64,000 nucleotides of DNA, taken from assembly GCF_006345805.1 (NCBI RefSeq), contig NC_042999.1, positions 136,586,001 through 136,650,000 on the forward strand. Direction: 5' to 3'. Source of the DNA: Octopus sinensis (taxonomy: Eukaryota). The notes below the pieces were generated by a model that did not search any database, was not told where the DNA came from, and worked only from the letters and a program-made list of their open reading frames with translations. This document shows, piece after piece, positions 39,131 to 51,930 of this stretch. The translations under genes were made by a program, and so were the position numbers. Numbering within the stretch: the stretch's first letter is position 1; every line of letters starts with the position of its first letter.

Positions 39131-40258
39131 CTATATATACTTGTGTAAAAGTCAAGTTTTTTAAGGTCAAATTTATGGAGTCAACTATTACATGGATACT
39201 GCTTTTGAGGGGCTGAAATTCAAATTGGAATCCAAAATACCATATCAGCAACAGAAGCCCAACTGATCACTAAGCAAATAAAAATAAAAACAATGAATTA
39301 CAGTCATATTACCAATTCTATGCATCAAAACACACGTCCTAGTAAATAAAACCCATAAACAAGACTGCATAGCTTTTATAAATATTTACACTTTCTCTTT
39401 TATTTGTCTCCATTAAACATAACAGACTAGCTGAGTGAAATCAGTTTATATCTCATAATATAACATTAATGCATTTCAGCATAGGTGCTATCGTATTCAC
39501 GCTCATGGTCAGTTGTCATTTCGTGGAATGCGTTTGCCACATGATTCTTATAAGTTAAGCAATGTGTCATGTATAAGCTGTCCTCAACAGAAATGAAAAA
39601 ATAAAGTTGCAGGATGTCATGTGGAGTTACCAGTAAATGTCCATAATATGGTGTAGAATTGTTAATCTGGAGCAGGGATTTCCAAAGTGTGTTCTGCAAA
39701 ACCCCAGGGTTCCCTGCAAGTTATCAAGGCTTCCACATTTTTAAAAATTATGTCGACAGATTCCGTGGCAAAAATAGTTTGGGAACCACTGATCTAGTGA
39801 TTAACTAAATGTTTTTAGGCTTACTGAAGTCATGCCTCTGTATGAATTCATACAGTAGTGTTTGGTGTTGTTTGCTGATAGTGCTGTCTGTGAAACATGT
39901 TTCTCACCATGTAAGCAACGAGTGTATGATGCATATGTTTGTTGTACTTGAAGATGTATGCAGGCTTGAAGCATATCCTATGCATACATTTAAGTTATGG
40001 TGATGTAGCACCCATCAACAGATGTGTAGTGCTTGCTATTAAATGGTGTTTTACTATAAGCATTGAGCATTCCATTATAGAGAAGGCTGCAGTAAGGTAG
40101 CCACACAATTATGTAAATGTTATTTCTACGTATGTCCTGTTGTTTGTGGAATACTAGGGTCGACTTTTATATAGGGTCTATGGAAAATTTCCAACTGTTT
40201 GGTCAAAAATAGGGGGTCGACTTTTACATGAGATCGACTATTACTCGAGTATATGCGG
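39131..40258. mobile_element. Tc1/mariner-superfamily (pogo/Tc2-like) non-autonomous element, TA TSD
   Basis: TA-ctatatatacttgtgtaaaagtcaag ... atcgactattactcgagtatatgcgg-TA; subterminal gggtcgactttta repeats. Confidence 0.75.
39673..39791. mobile_element. Small hAT MITE nested in the pogo-like element
   Basis: CAGGGATTTCCAAA / TTTGGGAACCACTG; 8-bp flanks atctggag / atctagtg. Confidence 0.75.
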
Positions 40259-41635
40259 TATATAAAATTGAGTGTCCCATGGTGTATATTTGTGTATATC
40301 CTTGGTTGAAGTACAGAATTTTCATATGATTCGCCAATATTTTTAATCGAGCATCCCAGGAAGAATTGTAATTCACACTTTAGAAAGAAGTCACTTTATT
40401 GAGTGTTGATAAAAGAACAGATGCCTTCTAAACTTTGAAGATAATCTGCAGGCAATGTTCAGTGAACTTTTTTCCCAGTAATAGAACAAAATACCTCTAG
40501 TGCATTTAAATTTATGAACAGGTGGTTCCATACTTCAACAATTCAACCATCCTACTTCTACTCTCTCAGATACAAAAACATTACTTCCCCCTGTGAATTC
40601 TGCTTCAGTCTATATGGTTAAGTTACTCCTTAGCTCCCCACACAAATAAAAGAATTAATGTAGTCTTGATTGAATGTTAGTATTTAGCCTGTAAGGCTTC
40701 CATGACTTGTCACAGGTAATGATAAGTTGTTGCATGTATTTAGAAAAGAATTATGTTAACTAGTTGTTTATGAGAAAATGGAATATTAGTATCGTCACTC
40801 TTCCCTGAGAAATAATATTTGCATTACTTTATCCTTTTGTAAGCAAATTCATGGATGATGTGCAAAAGACCTTTGCCAAAGGAAGGAAGAAATATTAGGC
40901 ATTGACAGTATTGGACTTAAAAGCTAAAATGTGGGGAGTTGTTATCAGTGTCATCAATATTGCAGTGTCTATTGTTATTGATGTCTGATATATCATTGGT
41001 GAATGGGAAGTGATTTGAGAAGATAACTGGTCCAGATAGAATACCAGAGATGGTGATGCAACATTGCAAGAAAGTGTTCCATAAACTCATGCATTTGTAA
41101 TATCATAAATCAAGAAAGTACGGTTCTATATTATCAGTTGAATGGGATTTTGACCAGAAATATCATATATTACAGTTGGATAATATTGAATACAACTTCA
41201 TTCATTGGTGGTTGTTCCCCATCACCATAGAAATGGTTAGGAATATTGGCAATAAAAATACAGAATGAAGTTAGACCCTTTATTTCAGGAGGATGTATGC
41301 ATATTTCAGAATAAGATATTCATATTTCTGTAGTAATATTTAAAGACATATGAAAGAAATCCAACATCTTAGCTAGAATAGAAGGTGTTATTGTTTGAAA
41401 GTAATTGCTAGAATATCAATCTTGGTCAAAAATATGAATAATCAGTCATTCATGGTTACAGGTTTGGAACAGAGAAACTGTGAAATTATTTGCCAGATTT
41501 TAAGAAAGAAAACAATTGGCTTTGGCAACAGAACTATCTTATACACAGAAAGAAAAAGAAGTTCTGTCTGTTTGGTAGAAATTTGTTTTCATGTTCATAC
41601 TGGCATGGGTTAGACAATTATATTATGAAAGCTTT

Positions 41636-41786
41636 ATGAAATTTACAGGAAAACAAAAGATGAATACAGGTGTATTAGTTTCATGCTCAGGAAGGTGAGA
41701 AAGTCTTTTACATTTTGAGCCTATGCTCTTCAACAGAAAGGAACATGAGGAAATCAACAGAAAGAGAATAAAATAAAATTTGTGGA
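41636..41786 (-). mobile_element. Second copy of the short hammerhead-bearing element, adjacent to (TA)n
   Basis: Reverse complement reads ttcctcatgttcctttctgttgaagagcataggctcaaaatgtaaaagactttctcaccttcc, nearly identical to 562-624. The hammerhead motif is at 41705-41740. Confidence 0.65.
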
Positions 41787-44700
41787 TATATATATATATA
41801 CTAGACTACTCGTAACCTGTTGGATCACTGAGAAAGTCTGAGTTTCCCAGTGACAGTTTTGTTTCATGGGTTTTTTTTTCTTTTCCAGGTTACTTTGCAT
41901 ACTTTCAATGAATGTTTATCATGCATAAACAGCTCCTTTCCCCAGAAAAGGGAAGATTTGACTGCTATATCTTGCATACCTTGCTACCACATAACTCACA
42001 AAGGGCTATAAAGCTAACCTAGGGCTATAAGTAAAAGATATTTTCCTAGTAAATAGAGAGTATCTAGAAAGTTTTTATTTTGCATTGTAGTTGAGTGCTC
42101 CACATTAACAAAAAATAGTTGACATTAATCTTTGAAAATTCTATTGTTGTCTCTGGTTATTCTGTTTGGAACTCCTTCATTAGTAATGTTAAACATAGCC
42201 TTCCCAAATCTGGCTAATTCAAGAGGATTAGAACAATTATTGTTTTGTCCTAGGACATCCCTGAATGAGCAAACCTATTATCAAAGACATTGCAGCTGTA
42301 ACCTGCCTTTTCTTTTTTCATTCTTTCTTTTGTTTTGTATATCACACATGATGATGTTTGGCTTTCTTTCATTAAGATAGTTAGTGTTACTTGAATGAAT
42401 ATGGCTGGTGTTTCTGACAGGTCAATTAACCACATAGGGATCCCTTGTGTTTCCTGTAATATGTTGTGTAGAATATATGAAGGCTTGGCAGATATTATCA
42501 AATAGAGAGTTTAGGGTTTGGTGCTATTACAGCATGTTAGTAAGACTGTTATTCCAGGTTTGGTGATGCAAACAGGAAAAATAGAATTCAAAATATGAGT
42601 TTGTATACATATATATATCATCATCGTCATTTAACGTCTGTTGTCCATGCTGGCATGGGATGTATGGTTTGACCAGAGATGGCAAGCTGGGGAGATGCAC
42701 AAGACTGCAGTCTACGGCTGGGTGCTTTTACATGACATCACACAGGCACTTTTATGTGATGTTGCACGGGTGCTTTTACATGGTGCTTCACAAGCTCTTT
42801 TATGTGGCATTGCATGGCTGCTTTTATGTGAAACTGGCAAGGAATCTTTATCATTTATTTATTAACTCTGTTACTTCTGCTAAATATTAATAAAAAATAT
42901 GAAGCTTTTAGTAATGAGGCATGATAATTCAAGCTTTTTGTCCATCTGCAGACCCCCTGAAGGTCCACAAAGGCTGTATTTACATGAAAAATATACTATG
43001 GAGAATACAATATAGTGCAGAATATTTTACCCAGCTACACAAATGTATACTTAAGTGGTTGATGTTAGGAAGGGCATTCAACTACAGAAACCTTGCTAAA
43101 ATGTATCATATGAGCAAGAGCCATGTACAAGGACAGAAACACTGAATGAGAATTGACTTGGGCCAGGCCATAGTGTTATGTCCAACCTATGTTCTCATGG
43201 AAAGCAAATATAAAACAAAGTTTAGATTTGTAATATTTGGACATGGCTGTGTAATTGATGTAGAAGTATAAAGCCAAATACACTTCCAAGTACTAAATAG
43301 CATGTACTAAAATGTTTCTGGAAATAATTTAGTTAGAATTTTGTATTAAATAGAAATAATATTGCATAGGCAAGACTGAGATATTATTTCTGCTTATAGA
43401 AAAAGAAAAAAACCAAAAATCTTCAAACAAACTTTGTAATTATGTTAGTATATGATTTAATATTATATTGATTTCTATGAAAATCAGTACAGCAAATTAT
43501 TTTGACTTGCTGAATACTTTGATATCTTCTTTGCATTGGAACTAAGTATATGGTAGTTGGCTAAGTTATTACTGAAATCTTCATGAATTATTCAAGTCTG
43601 TATGCGGCTGTCTTGAAAGATTCTTCTTTTAATTAATCTGCTATCTAACTCATTTTGTTGGTGGTGTTTCAACGACTAATATTTTTGTGCTTGAGTATTA
43701 CTGACAAAGTTAGATGTAGTCATTGGAAATTTAATGAAAAACATTTAAATTTTGTTTATTGGAATTGCATCATTGTTTCCTAGCTTATTCTATTTCTTAA
43801 TATTATCCATCACATAATGTTGTTTTCTACAATCTCCTGTTATGTTATATTCTATATTATTTAATAATAAATCTTTCTTTCTAAGGAGTGGAGTGATTTA
43901 CTCTAATACACATATAATTTCCAGTAGCTACTAGAACACATTATCATAAAGCAAAGTCTTAAGTGACTTGATCAAAACTGAGTGTAACCGTCATATATTA
44001 AACAATCTCTAATTTTGTACAAGAAACCGAAGTCAGCATAATTGATTCCAAAACAACATTGAAATTATGCTTTCTGTACTATAAGCAAAGTAAGCATCTC
44101 TTAGATAGTACCTCTTTGCAGATAGAGCACTGGGTAACATTTTTCTAAGGTCTATACTACTAAGGACTATGCTATATAGTTTAATGAATTGCTGAAGTGA
44201 TCACTTTGGTTTTCTATGACTAGGCCTTTTTGGGTTGCTGCTACTGCTGTCTCACTTGTAGGTTACCAAGATCCAGATGTAGATCTGAATGAGAGTCAAT
44301 GTGACTTATGTTATCCCCAAAAAGCAGTCTCCAAGAAATGATCATATCCCAATGAATGTTGAAAGGTAACAGCATGCTATTGAAAAATATCTGCTCCATC
44401 CTTTACACATGCTGCTAAAACGTAATCTTTCAGAGTGAGCTGCTGCTTCTAATTAACTGACTCCTTAATAAGTCTGGAGAATTGCAGTCTTATATGAAAT
44501 AATTATATTTGTTTGACTGTTATCATTACAAGGATTAAAGTTACAGCTTCATCATTCTGGCATAACAGAATGATAATTTTATATTCATCAGGATCTAAAC
44601 ATGATTTCAGTCTAGCTATATTGCATTTTTACATGTTTTTGTTTTTATCTATCTTCACTTTATTCAAAGATGGCTAATAATGTTTTCTATAGCATTGAGG

Positions 44701-45330
44701 AATTTCAAAATAACTTGAGCACTTAATAAGCCAACACATCATTAAGAAGGCAGCATTTTTATGGCTGGAATGAATAAACTCTTAGTTAAAACATTGCTGA
44801 GGCAATTTTGCCTTTATCTTCCTGAGTAAATATATATTAGGAATATACTTTTTAAAGTTATCTCAACAGGAATATACTGGAGTCAATTTGATTGATAAAA
44901 AAGCACCTTTACAAAATTGAAACTTTTGCATACTTTTACATAATTGTGAAGGTTAGCATGTTCACTTCCATCTTCAATAGTAATAATTCTCATATTTCTG
45001 TTGATATTGCTCTAGACCAGCGTTTCTCAACTGGAGTTCCACAAAAGGTTCCTAGAGGTTCCTTGAGAAAGAGTGAGATAAGCCAGTGCTAATTTCATGA
45101 TCGTAATATTACTATGTATGCATAATATATTGGTTTTTGATCATCCTATCTAACCTATTATGTTATAAGAAAAATATAACAACCCATGGGGATATAGTGA
45201 TGCCTGTAATTTATGGACACCCTGTATTTTTTATTTTTACAGAGAAAAAACTTTATGTCATGTGTATACACACACACACACACACACATACATATATATT
45301 ATATATACACATATATATGTATATATAAAA

Positions 45331-45526
45331 TGCTATTTTGCCCCAGGAAACACCATTTCCAGTTGGCTATGAGACACAAGCATTCGGTGTCCTTAAATTT
45401 TCAAACAGGGGAGATAAGCACCTCCACCCACCAATGCCAGCATTCCCTTTTTTTAAAACTTAAGGATGCAGAACACTTGTGTCACATTGCCAACTGGAAA
45501 CGGGGTTTCCTGGGGCTAAATAGCAA
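45331..45526. repeat. Palindromic hairpin element with ~80-bp arms
   Basis: tgctattttgccccaggaaacaccatttccagttggc... / ...gccaactggaaacggggtttcctggggctaaatagca. Confidence 0.85.
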
Positions 45527-45575
45527 TAGCATTCTTGCCTTTCCTGGGACTACCTCATTAAGTTGGCAACAAACC

Positions 45576-45607
<32 letters not shown>

Positions 45608-45647
45608 GTTTATATTTATGTATATATAATTATATATACATATATAT

Positions 45648-46588
45648 CATCATCATCATCATTTAACATGCGCTTTCCATGCTGGCATTGGTTGGACGGT
45701 GTGACTGAGGTCTCGCAAGCCAGATGGCTGCACCAGGCTCCAATCTGATCTGGCAGAGTTTCTACAGATGGATGCCCTTCCTAATGCCAGCCACTCAAGA
45801 GTGCTTTTTACGTGCCACCCACATGAGAGCCAGTCAGGCGGTACTGGCAAGAGTCACACTCAAAAGATGTTTTTTACGTGCCACCTGCACAGGAGCCAGT
45901 CCAATGGCACTGGCAACAACCTTGCATGAAAGTGCTAGTAAGGCGACGCTGGTAACAATTACGCTCAAAAGGTGCTTTTTACATGCCACTGGCATGGGAG
46001 CCAGTCAGCGGCCCTGGCTATGATCATGCTTGGATGGTGCTCTTAGCGCTCCACTAGCATGGATGCCAGTCAAGTGGCGGTGCTGCCATCAAATTTGGTT
46101 TTAATTTCACTTGACTCAACAGGTCTTTGCAAGCAGAGTTTAGTGTCCAATGAAGAAAAGGTACGCATAAGTAGGCTTGTTACACCTGTGGCACAGGCCA
46201 TGGGTTATGGTCTCACTTGGCTACCGGGTCTTCTCAAGCACAGCATATTTCCAAAGGTCTCAGTCACTAGTCATTACCCCGGTGAGGCCTAATGTTCGAA
46301 GGTCGTGCTTCACCACCTCATCCCAGGTCTTCATGGGTCTACCTATTCCACAGGTTCCCTCACACAGATATCCTCATCTATTCTCACCACATGACTATAC
46401 CAGCGCATATCACATCTGATGCTCTCTTGCATACCACATCTGATGCTTCTTAGGTCCAACTTTTCTCTCAAGGCACTTACATTCTGTTGAGTATGCACAC
46501 TGACATTACACATCCATCGGATCATACTGGTTTCATTCCTTGCAAGCTTACGCATGTCCTCAGCAATCACGGCTGTTCATACACATGC
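45648..46588 (-). mobile_element. RTE LINE 3' end (ORF C-terminus, tandem-repeat 3'UTR, (GAT)n tail)
   Basis: AEDMRKLARNETSMIRWMCNVS matches the 18.1 kb copy. The UTR repeats gtgcttttacgtgccac..gagccagtcag, and catcatcatcatttaac marks the tail. Confidence 0.9.
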
Positions 46589-48188
46589 TGGTCCAGATGG
46601 TTTCCCAGCCATCCTCCTCAAAGCATGTAAGCATGCCCTGGCAAAAACCCTCAAGATTCTCTTCCAGAGCTTTCTTGCGAGGCAAACTGCTAAGCAAGCT
46701 GAAGGAGGGAATAATATGCCCAATACATAAAGGGGGAAGTAGAGCAGATGCCAAAAACTATAGGCCTATCTCTCTGACTTCACACATCAGCAAAGTCATG
46801 GAACGGATAGTCAGAAAGAAACTAATCGCATTCCTTGAGGAAAATAACTTGCTGAGTAATACCCAGCATGGTTTTCGACCAGGTAGGAGCTGCCTGATCC
46901 AGCTCTTACAGCATTATGACTGGGTGTTGAGGCAGTTACTCAACAAATCAAATGTGGACGTAATCTACCTTGATTTTGCAAAAGCTTTTGACAAGGTGGA
47001 TCATGGTATGATATGCCACAAACTGCGTGACCTTGGCATAGCTGGAAAACTTGGAGTGTGGTTGCATGACTTCCTGAAAGATAGGAGTCAAGCAGTAGTG
47101 GCTAATGGAGCCACCTGTATGAACACACAAATAGTGAGCGGTGTTCCACAGGGCACTGTCTTGAGACCACTGCTTTTTATAGTGGCCCTCTCAGATATGC
47201 CCTCAAATGCCCGGATAGCCACTCTGGCCAGCTATGCAGACGATACGAAAGTCTCGCAGAAAATACAGAACCCCAGCGATGTTGCACACCTGCAGCAGGA
47301 GTTGGACTCAATCTACAGATGGGCTGAGGATAATAATATGCAGTTTAATGCTGAAAAATTCCAGGCCCTGCACTACCAGCATCCAAAACTGAATATTAAA
47401 CTTACAGGATACACCGGTCCACAGGGAATTTCAATCCCAGAGCCTAAGTCTGTGAGGGACCTGGGTATCGACATGAGTGATGATACCTCTTTCCAAGTGC
47501 ACATTACCAGGATGGCGACAAAGTGCAGACAACTGGCTGGGTGGATCCTAAGAACATTCAGAACCAGAGATAATGAAACCATGATGGTCCTCTGGTGGAC
47601 ATTCGTCCTCAGCCGCCTGGATTACTGCTCACAGCTATGGTCACCCACCAGTGTAAAATTAACAGCGGACCTTGAAACAATCCAGAGAAGATTCACAAAG
47701 AAGATCGTCTCTTTGAAACAGCTAAGACTCTACTCCCCGGATAGAAGACGGGTGAGGTATGCAGTTATATATGTCTGGAAGATCCTGGAAGGAATTGTGC
47801 CAAATTTTGGCATTGTAAGCTACACCAATGCTAGATGGGGACGGCACTGCATAGTGCCAAAGATCCCAGCAATGCCATCATGCTTCAGGACCAGCTTCTG
47901 CAACAGCCTGGGTTTCAAGGGTCCACAGCTTTTTAATATTCTCCCAAAGAGTCTGAGGAACTTGCACAAAGTAGATGTAGGGGTTTTAAATCAAAGCTGG
48001 ACATCTTCCTGTCAAGAGTCCCAGATGAACCTACCTCATGGCAAGAGGTGCAAATGAGAGTAGCTATATCAAACTCCATTCTTCACCAAGTACCACATAT
48101 TAGACGAGGTTCGTCGTAATAACAGTGTAACACAAAACGGCGGTGCATCAGCATGGCCGCAGCTCTGAGCTGAAACTAGAAAAAAAAA
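46586..48188 (+). mobile_element. CR1-type LINE, 5'-truncated; RT frame open from ~46681 to ~47985
   Basis: [67 protein letters not shown]; 3' tail gctgaaactagA10 then a TA-rich microsatellite. Confidence 0.95.
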
Positions 48189-48357
48189 TGTATATATATG
48201 TATATTTATGTATATATATGTATATTTATGTATATATGTATATTTATATGCGTATATATGTATATTTATATATATGTATATTTATATATATGTATATATA
48301 TATACATATATACATATGTATATACATATATACATATGTATATGTATATTTGTGTAA

Positions 48358-48390
<33 letters not shown>

Positions 48391-48440
48391 GTGTGTGTAT
48401 ATATATATGTGTGTCTATATATATATGTATATGTGTATAT

Positions 48441-48488
<48 letters not shown>

Positions 48489-48840
48489 ATGTAAACTATG
48501 ATGAAAATAATGTGAGAAAGATATGGTATATATTTTTTTTTTTGTGCAGGGGTTCCTTGAGACATGTTATTTATTTAAGGGTTATGTAATAGTAAAAAAG
48601 GTTGAGAAACACTGCTCTAGACTATGTTTACAGAGATGTTCACAAAAATACCAACAGTAATAAAGTAAATATGATATTTTTTCCTTTTTATTTCCTACAT
48701 ACTAACAGGAAAAAGACCTCTTAGCCTTGTTAGTACAATGGTTTATGAGTACAACTTTAAAAAATACAATATAGTGAAAAATTACAATTTGGTATAAATG
48801 AGGTGGGCATAATATTATGAGTTTAGACACATATTTTCTT

Positions 48841-48887
48841 GTTTTGCAGTCAATTGAGTAATCTGTTTACTCAGTTGACTGCAAAAC
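48841..48887. mobile_element. 47-bp TIR-only mini-element with 8-bp direct flanks
   Basis: GTTTTGCAGTCAATTGAGTAA-tctgt-TTACTCAGTTGACTGCAAAAC, flanked by ATTTTCTT at 48833-48840 and 48888-48895. Confidence 0.7.
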
Positions 48888-49989
48888 ATTTTCTTGCTTA
48901 TATGGGCAAGGTATGCCAACAGATAATGACCGGAAATAAAGAGGAATAGAAACTGATGTATTTTAAATTATTGTAAAAATTATCAATCAGTAAATGACTC
49001 CTTATTTAGCTTAATGTGCGTTGTAATTTGAAAGAGCTAAGAGAAAGAAGTAACATTGGTTATGTACAGCTACTGTTGAGAAAAGATAAAGAAAATTTCT
49101 GCTTAAAGAACTGAAATGGCTGGTAGGTTACTTGTTGTTCACTAGCCAAAGCAACACATGACAAAGATGAAACTAAAATAAAAGTCAGTAGTTGAATTAG
49201 GTTATTACAAATGATTTCCACTCTTTTTTGTTTCTCACAATAGACCACTTGTCAAATCCGCACTTGTTTGCTCATTGAAGATAACTCTGTGTGTGTATGT
49301 GTGTATTAGAGGTTTTATGTAAAGCAAGCTCATCACATTTCAGTGTTAAGCTTGTGAAATCTGCATTGCATTTCCTAATTGGATCTTCTGCTGGTAGCAT
49401 GTGTGAAGATTCTTTGATCTCAGATACTTGCCAATGTGGATTCCCATCAATTAGAAGAGCACTATTCTCTAGATGATGGCAATCAAAAGTTTTGGGGAAG
49501 TAAAAAAAAAAAAAATTAAGTATGGAAACATTAATTTGTTGCAGCATATCTTTATAGTTTGATGAAAACTTTCTCTGTACTTGCACCTGCTTTCTGTTGA
49601 GATTGTAGAAAAGAAAGTTAATGTTCAACAAATACAAATAAAATTATATTCTAAGCTGTTAGCAGAATTGTAGATCTAAACATTTCATCTTTACTAGTTG
49701 TATGTAAGCATGTGTGTTGGTGTGTCATTATTAAATTATAAAGTTGTCTACTTCTCCATAATTTTAGGTTTCTTGCTAAACTGGTAATTATTAGACAGTG
49801 TATCAATGAAAAGTATTTTAAAGTAACAGTAATGTAGTCAACTTTATAGTGTAGCAATATATTTACTAGTCACATTGTTTTATTTGAACAACTCCTTCTG
49901 AAAGTATAAGAATTATATAGCATGTTTCATGTGTCTGGTCATGGCACAACTAGTAAAACTTTGAAGTCACTGTCAACTTTTCTATCTCG

Positions 49990-51930
49990 TTTTTCCTTGC
50001 TGGTATGGCTTCAACATACGTACTCCATCGTATTGCCTTACCAAATGTTGCAGTTCCTTGTTAACTCTTTCATTAGTTCAGTATCCTGTGGCCTCCTTTG
50101 CCACTTTTTCTGAAATTTCCTTTCAATTTAGGCTTTTGACTTTACTTCTCACTCCATAAGGTTCATTTATCTCTATTGTCTTTTATGCTATTGCTGATTC
50201 TTCTAATTTCCATTTTCTCTCTAAGCTTACCTGAGCTCTGTTGGTCATACATCTAATGGAACATTCTTGCCTCATTTCTTTCCAGCCTTCACATATCTTC
50301 TACATTCAATATGCCGTACTACCATGTTAAAACCACATGTTGCACTCAAGTATTATGAGTCTGCCCTTAACTTAAAGAGAGACACTCTATTTCTTTTTTT
50401 CTTTTTTTGCCAACGGAAGTAAAAATTCCCTCAATTTGTTCATCCTTATCTTAACTCTAGCCACTATACTTTTGCAATGTCTATGTCCTTAACTCATTTC
50501 ACCACCTAGGTAACAGAAGCTTTTAACTATTTCTGGTGAACCCCCAATGGGCTCAGCAGAAGTAGCTAAAAGTTCTATTAAAAAGGTTGCATTTCATGGT
50601 TGCTCCTACTGTTAACTATTCATGTGCATATGTTACATATGTAGTCACCACTTCTCTGTCAGCCTTCTTGGGATCTCACTGTATTTTTTGTGCACCCATA
50701 ATTGTTCTTGCCAACTATTTTTCTGCACGCTGAGCATAGTAACTTCCCAGATTGCAGCAAAGTTCTATATTCTCTCTTGCTGTTTAAAGCTTTTGTCCTT
50801 GCTACATTGACTTCTTGATGGAACTTTTCCTTTTATTCTTTTACTGATTAAGCTATAAGAACTAGTTTATCAGCACATAAGAGTTGTCATGAACATCCTT
50901 GAACTTCTTTACATAGCCAATCAATGCTAGGTACAGATGTCTCACTAAAACGCATTGGAACCTCATTCTGGCAGAAATTCATCTGGTACACTAAAACTCT
51001 ATCATTTTTATGGCTTAGTCCATCAACTTGTCGGTATAATATTTTTGAACACATCGCTTTTTCATTAATGTTGATGTTGCAATGACAAAGATGCTCTCCA
51101 CATTGTTTAATTGGTTATACAAGTGATTTGCATGTACCCTACTTAACCAAACATGTTCAACATCTCAGTAACTATACTTAATGGTACCAGGGCTCTCTTT
51201 GCCTTCATGTCCTTAATGTTCCCTTTGATTATGTAGTAATCAATCTAGATGACTGGTATGTTTGTTGAGCCTGTTTTTCTTCATTCATCAATAACTTTTT
51301 TTTCTCAGTGTCAGTGAGGGTGAGAGCATTACAGCAATTATGTACTCATCTTTCACTGACAATGTGAAGGTTCACTATGGCATACTGTTTGTTTTGCAAA
51401 TCAGATCATTTTGCACTTCTGGTCCATATTAAGTAAGAACATAGGCAAACTTTTTACTTTCTGCTTCTCTCTTTGCTAGATATACTTGATGTCTTCTAGT
51501 TATCTGATATTATTCTTTATTCTATGCTTTCTTGCATTTTTTCACACATGTCTCTTAGGTTTAATAGTTGTACAATCTCATCACTATGTCAGCTCATTTA
51601 TAGCTGAAACCTTTCTTCATCCATACATTCTGATCTGTGGCCCACTGCATATTGTCTTGTAGAAACTCACTTTTTTCTATATAATAAGTCTCTCTGATGC
51701 TGTCATGCCTTCCTTCTCCAGATTATCTTGTGTCTTCTAGTTGTCTAACTCTTACTCTAATGACATCAATCATTAACCAATGTTTAGTGGTACAGTTTTC
51801 TTTGGAGAAAGAGTTTCACTACCTGCTGCCTTTCTCATTTCCTGCTTAGGATGAAGTCCATTTGGATTGCCTGTGCAGCTAATATGAAATTCGGTAGCTT
51901 TCTAAAGTTAGTGTTGCAAATGGTGACACG
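49990..51930 (-). pseudogene. Highly decayed RTE-like LINE
   Basis: Minus-strand remnants TICNTNFRK...QMDFILSR (APE) near 51.9 kb and SLKLKGRL-like sequence near 50.37 kb; many stops. Confidence 0.5.

Larger units (their letters stand above)
45018..48614. mobile_element. hAT (Charlie-like) MITE expanded by nested insertions
   Basis: TIRs CAGCGTTTCTCAAC (45018-45031) and GTTGAGAAACACTG (48601-48614); perfect TSD CTCTAGAC at 45010-45017 and 48615-48622. Confidence 0.9.

Noticed and set aside
44262-44365. AG..GT bounded exon candidate (MRVNVTYVIPKKQSPRNDHIPMNVE)
   Set aside because: Weak donor, no recognisable homology and no supported partner exon.
45770-46075. Regularly spaced ~55-60 bp repeats resembling a repeat-spacer array
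   Set aside because: They are tandem repeats of the RTE 3'UTR, also seen at 35310-35430 and 57370-57545.
46540-46680. N-terminus of the 505-aa ORF as a genuine fusion protein
   Set aside because: It is antisense RTE plus out-of-frame CR1 sequence; the true RT frame starts near 46681.
49272-49637. 121-aa minus-strand ORF
   Set aside because: Runs through a poly-T and a microsatellite; no motif recognised.
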